Source: Synechocystis sp. PCC 6803 substr. PCC-P
Lineage (GTDB): Bacteria > Cyanobacteriota > Cyanobacteriia > Cyanobacteriales > Microcystaceae
Length of the DNA stretch: 32,000 nucleotides
Reading direction: 5' to 3'
Assembly: GCF_000284455.1 (NCBI RefSeq)
Contig: NC_017039.1
Location: 360,001 to 392,000 of the forward strand
In this document: positions 1 through 9,148 of the stretch, piece after piece
How the letters are laid out: every line of letters starts with the position of its first letter
Numbering within the stretch: position 1 is the first letter of the stretch
Notes under the pieces: model-generated
Database searches by the model: none
Seen by the model: only the letters and a program-made list of their open reading frames with translations
What the model was told of the DNA's origin: nothing
Program-made: the position numbers and the translations under genes

Positions 1-29
1 TATGTGGAGTTCAAATTAAGACTGATTTT

Positions 30-1166
30 ATGGCTAAATCCCGCATTTACTACACTAAGCCCTCAATAACTGAGCTGGAAGTCGAGTATGCTACTGATGC
101 CGCTCGCAATGGCTGGGGCGATCGCTGTTATGAATATATTGTGCGTTTTGAAGAAGTATTTAAAAAATATTTAGGGGTCGAATATAGCATTGCAACTTCT
201 AGCTGTACGGGGGCTTTGCACATGGGGATGGCGGCTCTGGGGATTGGCCCTGGTGATGAGGTGATTTTAGCGGATACGAATTGGATTGCTACGGTGGCTC
301 CCATTGTCCATCTGGGGGCCAAGCCGGTATTTGTGGATATTTTGCCAGATAGTTGGTGTATTGATCCCGTTTTGGCGGAGCAAGCGATTACGCCACGGAC
401 GAAGGCGATTGTGGCGACTCATATTTACGGCAATCTCTGTGATATGGAGGCTTTATTGGCGATCGAGCAACGCCATGGCATTCCGATTATTGAGGATGCG
501 GCAGAGGCGATCGGCTCGGTTTACCATGGCAAGCGGGCTGGCTCGATGGGTAAGTTTGGCAGTTTTTCTTTCCACGGTACGAAGACGTTGACAACTGGGG
601 AAGGGGGGATGTTCGTGACCAATGATCCTGATTTATACGAGACGGTGTTAACGCTCTCGAATCATGGCCGGGCTAGGGGGCAAACGAAGCAGTTTTGGGC
701 GGATATGGTGGGCTTTAAATATAAGATGTCCAATATCCAAGCGGCGATCGGCTGTGCTCAAATGGAGCGCATTGAAGAGTTGGTTAGCCGTAAACGGGAA
801 ATCCTTAGTTACTATAAAGAAAATTTGGAGTCTTTACCGGGGATAACAATGAATCCTGAGCCAAAGGGTATGGTTAATGGTGGATGGATGCCAACGGCGG
901 TATTTAGCCCTGAATCTGGTATTACTCGGGAAAAGTTACAAGTCCTTTTTAAGGAGGCGAATGTGGATGCCCGTGTTTTCTTTTGGCCGTTATCGAGTTT
1001 ATCGATGTTTGATGATAAGCCCACAAATAAGTTGGCATGGGATATTCCAACAAGGGCAATAAATTTGCCTAGTTATCATGATTTGAGTGGCAAGGATATT
1101 AAACAGGTTATTGATTCTATGACAGACAATCTTTATCCGAAAAACGCAAATAGATCAAAAAAATGA
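30..1166 (+). CDS. DegT/DnrJ/EryC1/StrS-family PLP-dependent sugar aminotransferase (perosamine-synthetase-like)
   Basis: 378-aa ORF; SSCTGALHMGMAALGIGPGDEVI, EDAAEAIGSVYHGKRAGSMG and the PLP-lysine motif SFHGTKTLTTGEGGMF typical of nucleotide-sugar aminotransferases. Confidence 0.93.
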   Translation: MAKSRIYYTKPSITELEVEYATDAARNGWGDRCYEYIVRFEEVFKKYLGVEYSIATSSCTGALHMGMAALGIGPGDEVILADTNWIATVAPIVHLGAKPVFVDILPDSWCIDPVLAEQAITPRTKAIVATHIYGNLCDMEALLAIEQRHGIPIIEDAAEAIGSVYHGKRAGSMGKFGSFSFHGTKTLTTGEGGMFVTNDPDLYETVLTLSNHGRARGQTKQFWADMVGFKYKMSNIQAAIGCAQMERIEELVSRKREILSYYKENLESLPGITMNPEPKGMVNGGWMPTAVFSPESGITREKLQVLFKEANVDARVFFWPLSSLSMFDDKPTNKLAWDIPTRAINLPSYHDLSGKDIKQVIDSMTDNLYPKNANRSKK

Positions 1167-2188
1167 ATCAACGAATCAAAGTAATGATTGCTGGGATTGG
1201 AGGGGCTTCTCTTGGCACAGAAATTTGTAAGTCCCTCAAACTGGCTAAAATATACGACGTATTTGGATGTGATATTTCTGCTACTGCCTATGGTATGTAT
1301 GAAAATGACTTTTTGAATACCTATCAAGTCTCATCTAGTAACTATGCGAGAAATGTTCTGGATGTTTGTGTTGATGCGGGCGTAAAATGGCTAATCCCAG
1401 GTGGCGAAGAGCCAATGAAACTGTTAGGTCAAGAAACAAAAATGTTTGCTGCGGCAAATATTCATGTGGTAGCAAATTCACCTAGTTTAATATCTATTTG
1501 CTCCAATAAAAAGCGTACTTTTAATAAATTAACTGAGTTAGAAATATCAATTCCTAAAACTATTGCGCTACAAAGTAAATCAGATTTAGACTACATCGGA
1601 TTGCCCTGTATTGTTAAGCCTTCAACGGGAACAGGGGGTAGTGTTTCTGTCTTTTTTGCTGTTAGTTTTGAAGAGGCTATGGTTTATGCTGAGTTTATTA
1701 AACGTAATGGAAGCGAGCCTATCGCTCAAGAATATATTGATATTAACGAGGGCGAATTTACGATTGGTGTTTTGTCTCTTCCCAACCAAAATGTTGTCGG
1801 TTCGATTGCTCTAAAGCGAGAATTGAGCGCCAAATTATCCGTTGCATACCGAGGCCGTGGTGGTATTATTTCTAGTGGCTACTCCCAAGGGTACATTGGT
1901 GAATATCCAGAATTGTGTAAGCAAGCGGAAGATATAGCTAAAGCACTCAATAGTGCTGGCCCTATTAATATCCAAGCAAGAGTCAGGAATGGAAAACTTA
2001 TGCCATTTGAGATTAATCCACGATTTTCAGCATCAACATATCTTCGGGCTATGGCTGGTTTTAATGAAGTTGACATAATGCTTCGGTATTTAGCCTTGCA
2101 AATAGAACCTCAAAAACCGTTAATTCAGACTGGTTGGTATTTGCGTAGTTTAACTGAGCAGTATGTTTCAGAAGAGGCCTTAAGATGA
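1163..2188 (+). CDS. ATP-grasp domain protein (carbamoyl-phosphate-synthase-large-chain-like)
   Basis: ATGA overlap with upstream gene; IAGIGGASLG N-terminus, GLPCIVKPSTGTGGSVSVFF ATP-grasp loop, PFEINPRFSASTYLRAMAG metal-binding region. Confidence 0.85.
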   Translation: MNQRIKVMIAGIGGASLGTEICKSLKLAKIYDVFGCDISATAYGMYENDFLNTYQVSSSNYARNVLDVCVDAGVKWLIPGGEEPMKLLGQETKMFAAANIHVVANSPSLISICSNKKRTFNKLTELEISIPKTIALQSKSDLDYIGLPCIVKPSTGTGGSVSVFFAVSFEEAMVYAEFIKRNGSEPIAQEYIDINEGEFTIGVLSLPNQNVVGSIALKRELSAKLSVAYRGRGGIISSGYSQGYIGEYPELCKQAEDIAKALNSAGPINIQARVRNGKLMPFEINPRFSASTYLRAMAGFNEVDIMLRYLALQIEPQKPLIQTGWYLRSLTEQYVSEEALR

Positions 2189-3420
2189 AAATACGTTGGA
2201 TTACACCACTTCTAGGTACGGCTGCTTTTAACGCTGTTCAGAATATTACAGATATTACTGTTGTTGATGTTCGAGATCTTGTAGATAAAGCTGGCAATGA
2301 TAACAGTGCTATTTTGCATAAAATTCACCAAGGAGTCGATTTAATTAAGCAAGGTAAGCGCACTGTAATTTGTTGTGACTATGGAATGTCTCGGAGTAAT
2401 GCCATAGCTGTTGGTATTATTACAAACTTGGAAAAAATCCCTTTTAACCAAGCTCTGCGTCAAGTTCAAGAAGCTACTGGCGAAGCAGAAATTAAGCTTG
2501 ATCCACTCAACGCAGTTCGTCAAGCTTTAGGAGTGAATATTAAAAAAGAAAAGTGTAGTCAATATAGAAATATTTTAATCACAGGGGGGAGGGGATTCAT
2601 AGGCACAGCCTTGCAAGGTGCTTTAATTAATAGTGAATTTAGGTTAATATCTCCAACTCGTGAGCAGATTGACATTTTTGCTGGGAGTACAAAGCTTGAT
2701 TTATTGGCCAGTGAAGAAAATATTGATTGTATTGTTCACTTGGCAAATCCCAGAGTTTATACTTCCAACGTTGCGATGGGACAAACTCTAACAATGTTGC
2801 GTAATGTTATTGATGTATGTCTTGCAAAAGATATTCCCTTGATTTATCCATCTAGTTGGGAAATCTATTCTGGATATGCTGGCACAATTCATGCTGACGA
2901 ATCTACACCAGCATTGCCTCGTGGTCCATACGGAGAGACAAAATATTTAGCAGAAATATTAATAGATCATTGTCGGCGTACTCGTGGCTTACGTTGTGCT
3001 ATCTTGCGATCTAGTCCAGTTTATGGCTCAATGTCTGACAAACCGAAGTTTATATTTAACTTCTTTAAAAAAGCGAGTCAAGGGCAGAAAATAGTTACCC
3101 ATCACTATATCAATGGCAATCCCAAATTAGATCTCCTTCACATCGATGACCTTATATCGTCTATCGTTGCGACCCTCAAGTCTAGGTTTATCGGTAATCT
3201 TAATATAGGAACTGGACAATTAAGTTCAACCTTGAAAATTGCCGAGATGATTAGAGATGAGTTAGGCAGTTCTAGTATGATCCAACAAATAGAGGTAAAT
3301 ACAGAAGTTGCATCAATTGCAATGAATTATGGGCGAGCTAATCATGTTTTAGATTGGGAGCCTGTAATTTTCTTTGAGCAAGGTTTAAAGTCCCTTCTAC
3401 ATCAAATTTCCACCAACTAA
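2185..3420 (+). CDS. Fusion: N-terminal cysteine-phosphatase-like (CX5R) domain plus C-terminal NAD-dependent epimerase/dehydratase (extended SDR)
   Basis: ATGA overlap with upstream gene; VICCDYGMSRSNAIAVG matches a CX5R signature; NILITGGRGFIGTALQ Rossmann motif; YPSSWEIYSG and YGETKYLAE SDR motifs. Confidence 0.8.
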   Translation: MKIRWITPLLGTAAFNAVQNITDITVVDVRDLVDKAGNDNSAILHKIHQGVDLIKQGKRTVICCDYGMSRSNAIAVGIITNLEKIPFNQALRQVQEATGEAEIKLDPLNAVRQALGVNIKKEKCSQYRNILITGGRGFIGTALQGALINSEFRLISPTREQIDIFAGSTKLDLLASEENIDCIVHLANPRVYTSNVAMGQTLTMLRNVIDVCLAKDIPLIYPSSWEIYSGYAGTIHADESTPALPRGPYGETKYLAEILIDHCRRTRGLRCAILRSSPVYGSMSDKPKFIFNFFKKASQGQKIVTHHYINGNPKLDLLHIDDLISSIVATLKSRFIGNLNIGTGQLSSTLKIAEMIRDELGSSSMIQQIEVNTEVASIAMNYGRANHVLDWEPVIFFEQGLKSLLHQISTN

Positions 3421-3432
3421 GAAAGCAAGCAA

Positions 3433-4218
3433 ATGCACCTAAAAACAGAAAAAGAACTACAAGAAGGATTTACGTGGGCTAGGTCTAAAATGTTTGCTGA
3501 TTACAACAGCATTCTAGGCTACTACCAAGCGAAAGCTTGCATAGAGCACTCTCGTGGTGACAGCTTATTAGATATGCCCTGCGGAGATGGAACTTTAACT
3601 TCCCTTTTAGCACCAGCTTTTAAGACTGTTGTTGGTTTAGATGCCTCTAGTCAGCACCTCGCATTAGCCAAAGAAAACATGCCCAGTGCAGAATTTTATG
3701 AAGGCTTGATTGAGGAATTTGAGACTAATCAAAAATTTGACACCATTACAATGCTTAATATTCTTGAGCATGTAGTAGATCCAATAAGTGTCTTACAAAA
3801 AGCGGCTAGCTTGCTGAGTCAAAATGGCATTTTATTAGTTCACGTACCTAATGCCCTAGCTGTAAATCGAAGACTAGCAGTATTGATGGGAACTCTGACT
3901 CACTGCGAAGAACTCTCACCTTTTGATATTCAAGTCGTAGGACATCGCCGTTCCTATTCACTGTCAACTCTCTGCAATGATATTGAACAAGCTGGGCTTA
4001 AAATTAATGCAACTGGTGGTGTATTTTACAAGTCTCTCTCCACTCCTCAAATGGATTGGTTCTTAGCAAATGGACTATGGGAAGAAGGTGGATTTGGTTG
4101 GGGGCGAGTTGGTGGTGAGCAAAAAGACTGGAAAGCAGAATTTTGTCGCGCATCCTATGAGCTAGGTAAACAACATCCTGAAGATTGTAATATTATCTAT
4201 GCTTGTATTACTAAGTGA
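3433..4218 (+). CDS. Class I SAM-dependent methyltransferase
   Basis: LLDMPCGDGTLTSLLAPAFKTVVGLDAS motif I, FDTITMLNILEHVVDP, GILLVHVPNA. Confidence 0.88.
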   Translation: MHLKTEKELQEGFTWARSKMFADYNSILGYYQAKACIEHSRGDSLLDMPCGDGTLTSLLAPAFKTVVGLDASSQHLALAKENMPSAEFYEGLIEEFETNQKFDTITMLNILEHVVDPISVLQKAASLLSQNGILLVHVPNALAVNRRLAVLMGTLTHCEELSPFDIQVVGHRRSYSLSTLCNDIEQAGLKINATGGVFYKSLSTPQMDWFLANGLWEEGGFGWGRVGGEQKDWKAEFCRASYELGKQHPEDCNIIYACITK

Positions 4219-4246
4219 TTAACTTATTCAATTAAGAGGTAATTCA

Positions 4247-4996
4247 GTGAATCCATTAGACTCTTTTAAATCTCAAGTTGAAGCAAATGTTACGGGACTT
4301 GGAGCGGACAAAGATATTCAGGCGCTATCTCGAATATGGTCGCGTGAAACTAATCGAAATGGTTACACTTATAACTATTCATGGCTAGGCCGCCCCATTA
4401 TTCAATATCCCCAAGACATTATGGCCATGCAAGAGTTGATCTGGTCAATTCAGCCAGATTTAATCATCGAAACGGGCATTGCCCACGGTGGATCGCTGAT
4501 TTTTTCGGCTTCCATGTTAGAACTCAATGCTATTTCTGGTGGTCCCCAGGATGCAGAAGTGTTGGGTATAGACATTGACATTCGTCAACATAATCGGGAA
4601 GCCATTGAAGCCCATCCCATGGTTAAGCGCATCTCCATGATCCAGGGTTCTAGCATTGCTCCAGAAATAATTGAACAAGTTAAAGCTAAAGCCGAAGGCA
4701 AACAAAAAATTCTCGTTTGTCTGGATAGTAATCACACCCATGATCATGTGCTGGCAGAATTGGAAGCCTATGCTCCCCTAACCTCCGTGGGTAGTTACTG
4801 CGTCGTATTCGATACAGTAGTCGAAGATCTGCCTGACGAGATGTTTGGCGACAGGCCCTGGGGCGTGGGGAATAATCCCAAGACAGCGGTGTGGGAATAT
4901 CTCAAAACCCATCCTGAATTTGAAATTGACAAGAGCATCCAGCACAAATTGTTGATTACTGTGGCTCCCGATGGCTATTTGAAGCGGTTAGGTTAG
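4247..4996 (+). CDS. Cephalosporin hydroxylase / CmcI-RhlO-like methyltransferase family
   Basis: WLGRPIIQYPQDIMAMQELIWSIQPDLIIETGIAHGGSLIFSASMLEL, VLGIDIDIR, VCLDSNHTHDHVLAELEAYAPLTSVGSYCVVFDT. Confidence 0.87.
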   Translation: MNPLDSFKSQVEANVTGLGADKDIQALSRIWSRETNRNGYTYNYSWLGRPIIQYPQDIMAMQELIWSIQPDLIIETGIAHGGSLIFSASMLELNAISGGPQDAEVLGIDIDIRQHNREAIEAHPMVKRISMIQGSSIAPEIIEQVKAKAEGKQKILVCLDSNHTHDHVLAELEAYAPLTSVGSYCVVFDTVVEDLPDEMFGDRPWGVGNNPKTAVWEYLKTHPEFEIDKSIQHKLLITVAPDGYLKRLG

Positions 4997-5076
4997 TTCT
5001 TGTTTAAAGGTAGTCACTTTACCTAGATTATCTAGATTATTATGTATAAAGAAATGTCGATTTTAGGTAATGAACG

Positions 5077-5283
5077 ATGTACGCAATAGAGTTTGAAGCA
5101 GATCTACAAGATGGTGTTCTTACAATTCCAGATCATTACAAATCTCTGAAAAATCAGCATGTACGTGTAGTCATTATGCTAGATGGCCATGGTAATGAAT
5201 TGGAACTACGGGCCTTATCAGATCATTCAGCAACATTGATTGATGAATGGCATGATCCCTCCGAGGATGATGTATGGATCTGA
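5077..5283 (+). CDS. Putative small antitoxin of a toxin-antitoxin pair
   Basis: 68-aa ORF with beta-rich N-terminus (LQDGVLTIPDHYKSLKNQHVRVVIML) and acidic tail (EWHDPSEDDVWI); overlaps the next ORF by 10 nt. Confidence 0.6.
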   Translation: MYAIEFEADLQDGVLTIPDHYKSLKNQHVRVVIMLDGHGNELELRALSDHSATLIDEWHDPSEDDVWI

Positions 5284-5621
5284 AGCAGGCAGAAGTCGTC
5301 CTATGCGAGTTCTATTTTTCTGACCTCAAGCAGAATAAACTAAGGCCCGTTGTTGTTTTTAAGGACAATTTGCCCTTCGATGATTTTGTTGGAATGCCGG
5401 TGAGTAGCAGGGTAGGTCAATTAAATGACGATGAAATCGTGTTGGATGAGTCGGATTTTATTGAGGGCCTTCTGTCCAAGTGCTCCAAAGTGATGGTGAG
5501 AAAAATATTCGTCATCTCAAAACAGGTTGTCATCAAAAAGCATGGTACGCTCTCTACCCAAAGCTTTAGTAAACTTCATCTGACTTTCTGTAGGTATTTT
5601 GGATGTGAAAACCAGTCTTGA
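5274..5621 (+). CDS. Putative PemK/MazF-type toxin
   Basis: 115-aa ORF; QAEVVLCEFYFSDLKQNKLRPVVVF resembles the MazF/PemK opening G-D-V/W...G-x-RPvvV region; paired with the upstream acidic ORF. Confidence 0.62.
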   Translation: MDLKQAEVVLCEFYFSDLKQNKLRPVVVFKDNLPFDDFVGMPVSSRVGQLNDDEIVLDESDFIEGLLSKCSKVMVRKIFVISKQVVIKKHGTLSTQSFSKLHLTFCRYFGCENQS

Positions 5622-5691
5622 ATTTAAGATTGGCAAAAGTATTCAGCATAAACTGTTGATCACCGTTGCCACCGATGGGCGCATAAAATGA
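5620..5691 (+). pseudogene. 3' remnant of a second CmcI-like methyltransferase gene
   Basis: Reads EFKIGKSIQHKLLITVATDGRIK*, matching EFEIDKSIQHKLLITVAPDGYLKRLG* at the end of the intact gene (4916-4996). Confidence 0.85.
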
Positions 5692-5715
5692 ATTCACTAG
5701 ATTTGCTAAAATTCT

Positions 5716-7785
5716 ATGTCCAAAAATGACAAGCCATTAGTCAGCATTGGTATACCAACTTATAATCGAGCAGAAAGCTTAAAACGAGCAATAAATTCTG
5801 CTGTTAATCAGACATACACAAACCTCGAAATTATTATTTCTGATAACTGTTCAATTGACGAAACCCAACAATTGTGTGAGGAACTTTGTAAACTTGACTC
5901 CCGTATAACTTACATACGTCAAGCTAAAAACTTTGGTGCTACTAACAATTTTAGTTTTGTTTTAAAAAAAGCGACTGGAGAATACTTCATGTGGCTGGCA
6001 GATGATGATTGGATTAGTGAAAACTATATTTATGACTGTCAATTTTTTCTTCAAAATAATCATCAGTATTTACTTTGTAGTGGAATTGCCAAGTATTATT
6101 TGGGTGATGATATCCGTATGGGAGAAAATATTTGCCTAGAAGAAAACTCTCCCATAGAAAGGGTGAAAGAATATTTTAATAAAGTTCAAGATAATGGAAT
6201 TTTTTATGGACTTTATCGCAAAGAAGCCGTTCTAAAATTGAGAATTCCTTCATGTTTTGGAGGTGACTGGGTTTTTATCGCTTGCATATTATTACTCGGC
6301 AAAGCCACTACATTAAATACTTGTGTTATTCATAGAGTATTTCAGGAAAAGAGTACAGAAGACTATGCAAAAGAAATTAATTCTAAATATGTGCTGGAAA
6401 AATCTTATCCGTATGCTTTTATCTGTTTTCATTTCTTTTCGGAAATTGAAAGAACCTTGATTTTGCAAAACATATTAACAAAACAACAAAAAATACTCTT
6501 GTTTCTTGATATTTTATTGACTTTAATGCGTCGTTTCGGTCACTTATATTCAATTGAATATGGTTGGTTGAATATCTTTTGCATTCGTAAAAAATTAATC
6601 TCTTTGCTAAAGATAATAATTAGAAATTTCCGCCAATCGTGTTTATATTTCATTGATTCGCTACGAACATTTATTTATAACTTAAAATATACACCACAAA
6701 TGTATCAATTGTATGCATCAAGCAAACAAAAGAATTCTGACTTAAAGAAATTAGCTTTTTTTTCTCCTGTGAAACCAATAAAATCTGGTATATCAGATTA
6801 CTCGGAAGAATTGATTAGATTTCTCTGCAAGAAGTATCAGATTTTCGTCTTTATAGATGACTCATACACAGAAAAACAATGCCCAAACATTGAAAATACT
6901 TTTTACTTAAATCACAGATTATTTCCCATAACCTCAAAGATACTTGGAATCAAGAAAATTGTTTATCAAATTGGAAATAATTATTATCACAACTATATGT
7001 TTAAATATATCAATAAAAACCATGGAATAGTAGTCTTGCACGACGGAATACATATGTCCGGGAATGTCTTGCAGCAACCAGAAAGACATAAGATTGTAGT
7101 ACATAGTCTTTCTGCATCTACCCAGGTAAAGAGTAAGTATCCAAATTTAAGTGTAAATGTAATTAGTCTTCTCATGAGTTTGCCTGAAGAAAACTTAAAG
7201 CAAGATAAAAATTCACTAAGACATGAATTAAATATTGATATAAATACTTTTGTTTTTGGAGTATTTGGAATTATATCTGAGCCCAAGATGGTTTACGAAT
7301 TATTATTAGCTTTTTGTCATTCTTTTGTTCAAAATGAGAATGTAGCATTTCTTATGGTCGGCTATGAAATTGCAGATTCAAGAGTACTAAATTTTCTCCG
7401 AGCAAATGAAGATGATAAAAGGCTTGTGTGTAAACTTGGTGTAAGTATGGAAGACTTGTATAAATTCATAAAAGTCACCGATGCTTGTTTTAACTTAAGA
7501 TCTACTTCACGAGGAGAAACATCTAGCTCATTGCTTAGGGTAATGTCTTGCGGTATTCCCGTAATAGCTAGTGATATTGACAGCTTTTCAGAATTACCTA
7601 GCGATGTTCTGCTAAAAGTCTCTCAGAACTTATCTCAAGATGAATTATCTTCCATATTAAAAAAAATTTACAATGAGAAAGACAAGCTCAAAGAAATAGG
7701 TAAAAAAGGAAAATCTTATATTAATTCTTTTCATTCTCCCAGCAAAATTTCTGATATTTATTCTACTCTTATTGAAATAGAATAA
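5716..7785 (+). CDS. Two-domain glycosyltransferase (N-terminal GT2, C-terminal GT4/GT1-like)
   Basis: N-term SIGIPTYNRAESLKRAINSAVNQTYTNLEIIISDNCS and WLADDDWI; C-term KKLAFFSPVKPIKSGISDYSEEL, GVFGIISEPK, RSTSRGETSSSLLRVMSCGIPVIASDIDSFSELP. Confidence 0.85.
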   Translation: MSKNDKPLVSIGIPTYNRAESLKRAINSAVNQTYTNLEIIISDNCSIDETQQLCEELCKLDSRITYIRQAKNFGATNNFSFVLKKATGEYFMWLADDDWISENYIYDCQFFLQNNHQYLLCSGIAKYYLGDDIRMGENICLEENSPIERVKEYFNKVQDNGIFYGLYRKEAVLKLRIPSCFGGDWVFIACILLLGKATTLNTCVIHRVFQEKSTEDYAKEINSKYVLEKSYPYAFICFHFFSEIERTLILQNILTKQQKILLFLDILLTLMRRFGHLYSIEYGWLNIFCIRKKLISLLKIIIRNFRQSCLYFIDSLRTFIYNLKYTPQMYQLYASSKQKNSDLKKLAFFSPVKPIKSGISDYSEELIRFLCKKYQIFVFIDDSYTEKQCPNIENTFYLNHRLFPITSKILGIKKIVYQIGNNYYHNYMFKYINKNHGIVVLHDGIHMSGNVLQQPERHKIVVHSLSASTQVKSKYPNLSVNVISLLMSLPEENLKQDKNSLRHELNIDINTFVFGVFGIISEPKMVYELLLAFCHSFVQNENVAFLMVGYEIADSRVLNFLRANEDDKRLVCKLGVSMEDLYKFIKVTDACFNLRSTSRGETSSSLLRVMSCGIPVIASDIDSFSELPSDVLLKVSQNLSQDELSSILKKIYNEKDKLKEIGKKGKSYINSFHSPSKISDIYSTLIEIE

Positions 7786-7806
7786 AACTAGTTTACGTTT
7801 CATAAT

Positions 7807-8910
7807 ATGAAAATCTTTTACGATGGTTTAATTTATGCAGCTTACTCCAAGCAATCTGGGGGGATTAGCCGCTACTTTGATAACTTAATAAGTCGATTGC
7901 CAGAAGACTTTTATCCTGGTTTAACCACCGGCAGGGAAAAAACAGGTAGTCATCCCATCCATCCCCACCTTGAATTGTATCGTTTTGACTTAAGGTTTCG
8001 CCCAGGTAGAATTTGTAACTGGGTAAGAAAAGAGTATTTTCAATATCTTTCTGAAAAATATAAACCTCAATTAGCTCACCCAACCTATTATTCGCTTTTA
8101 ACCGGTCGTCGAATTGAAAGCTATCAATGTCCAGTTGTCATTACAGTCCATGACATGATCCATGAAATCTTTGCCGACTACATGGATCCTAATGGTGAGC
8201 AGGCTGAAATTAAGCGAAACGCTATTCTTGCTGCACAGGCAATATTATGCAATTCAGAAAACACAAAGAGAGATTTATTAAATCAATATCCTGCCTTAGA
8301 GAATCGCGTCAGTGTAACCTATTTAGCTACAGAGTTTAGTGAAGATAATATTGACGTTAATGCTTCAGTGCCAACACAACCTTACTTTCTTTATGTGGGT
8401 GCTAGGGGAACATACAAAAACTTTGATCAATTACTACTTGCGTTTCAAAAAGTCACTGCCAAACCCAAATATGCCGACTTACTGCTTTGTGTCGTTGGCT
8501 CACCCTTTGAAAATCAAGAAAAAGAACGCCTTGAATTCCTAGGCTTATCGAAAAATGTCGTCCATTATGGCAGAGCTACAGACGGACAACTAGCCAAGCT
8601 TTATAATCAGAGCATTGCTTTTGTTTATCCTTCCCTTTATGAAGGGTTTGGTATTCCACCTTTAGAAGCCATGGCCTGTGGCACTGCCGTAATTGGATCT
8701 AATGTTTCTAGCATTCCGGAAGTAGTAGGTGACGCAGGGCTACTATTTGATCCCAAATCGATGGATCAGTTAGTTGATCAACTTTTGTATGTTTTAGAAA
8801 ACCCAATAAAACGAGATAGCCTGATTCAAAAAGGTAAAAAACAATGCAAAAAATTTAGTTGGGATAAAACTGCACAACAAACAGTTGAAACATATCGTTC
8901 TCTTCTATAG
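7807..8910 (+). CDS. GT4-family glycosyltransferase
   Basis: KQSGGISRYFDNLI, YFLYVGARGTYKNFDQLLLAF, FVYPSLYEGFGIPPLEAMACGTAVIGSNVSSIPEVVGDAGLLFDP. Confidence 0.93.
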   Translation: MKIFYDGLIYAAYSKQSGGISRYFDNLISRLPEDFYPGLTTGREKTGSHPIHPHLELYRFDLRFRPGRICNWVRKEYFQYLSEKYKPQLAHPTYYSLLTGRRIESYQCPVVITVHDMIHEIFADYMDPNGEQAEIKRNAILAAQAILCNSENTKRDLLNQYPALENRVSVTYLATEFSEDNIDVNASVPTQPYFLYVGARGTYKNFDQLLLAFQKVTAKPKYADLLLCVVGSPFENQEKERLEFLGLSKNVVHYGRATDGQLAKLYNQSIAFVYPSLYEGFGIPPLEAMACGTAVIGSNVSSIPEVVGDAGLLFDPKSMDQLVDQLLYVLENPIKRDSLIQKGKKQCKKFSWDKTAQQTVETYRSLL

Positions 8911-9148
8911 AATAATTTTAACCAAGTAGGCCATGGCAGTTCAGCGAATGATTAAAATAAAAATATTTCTACTTTGCTTTAAAAGCAAGTATATGCTCTG
9001 ACATTGCTACTTATTGCGGCTCTGACTTCTTTATTGATAGTGATTTCAATTTATAAATGAGAATTCCTAAAGGCGATCAACTCTTAACACCAATCATGCT
9101 AACCGTATAAAATTACGAGAACTTAAATATTTATTTGCGAACGTTTAT

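Noticed and set aside
128-1024. Short ORFs overlapping the aminotransferase gene (128-322 -, 286-591 +, 664-846 +, 812-1024 -, 877-1062 +)
   Set aside because: They are fully contained within a strongly supported DegT-family gene and lack recognisable motifs.
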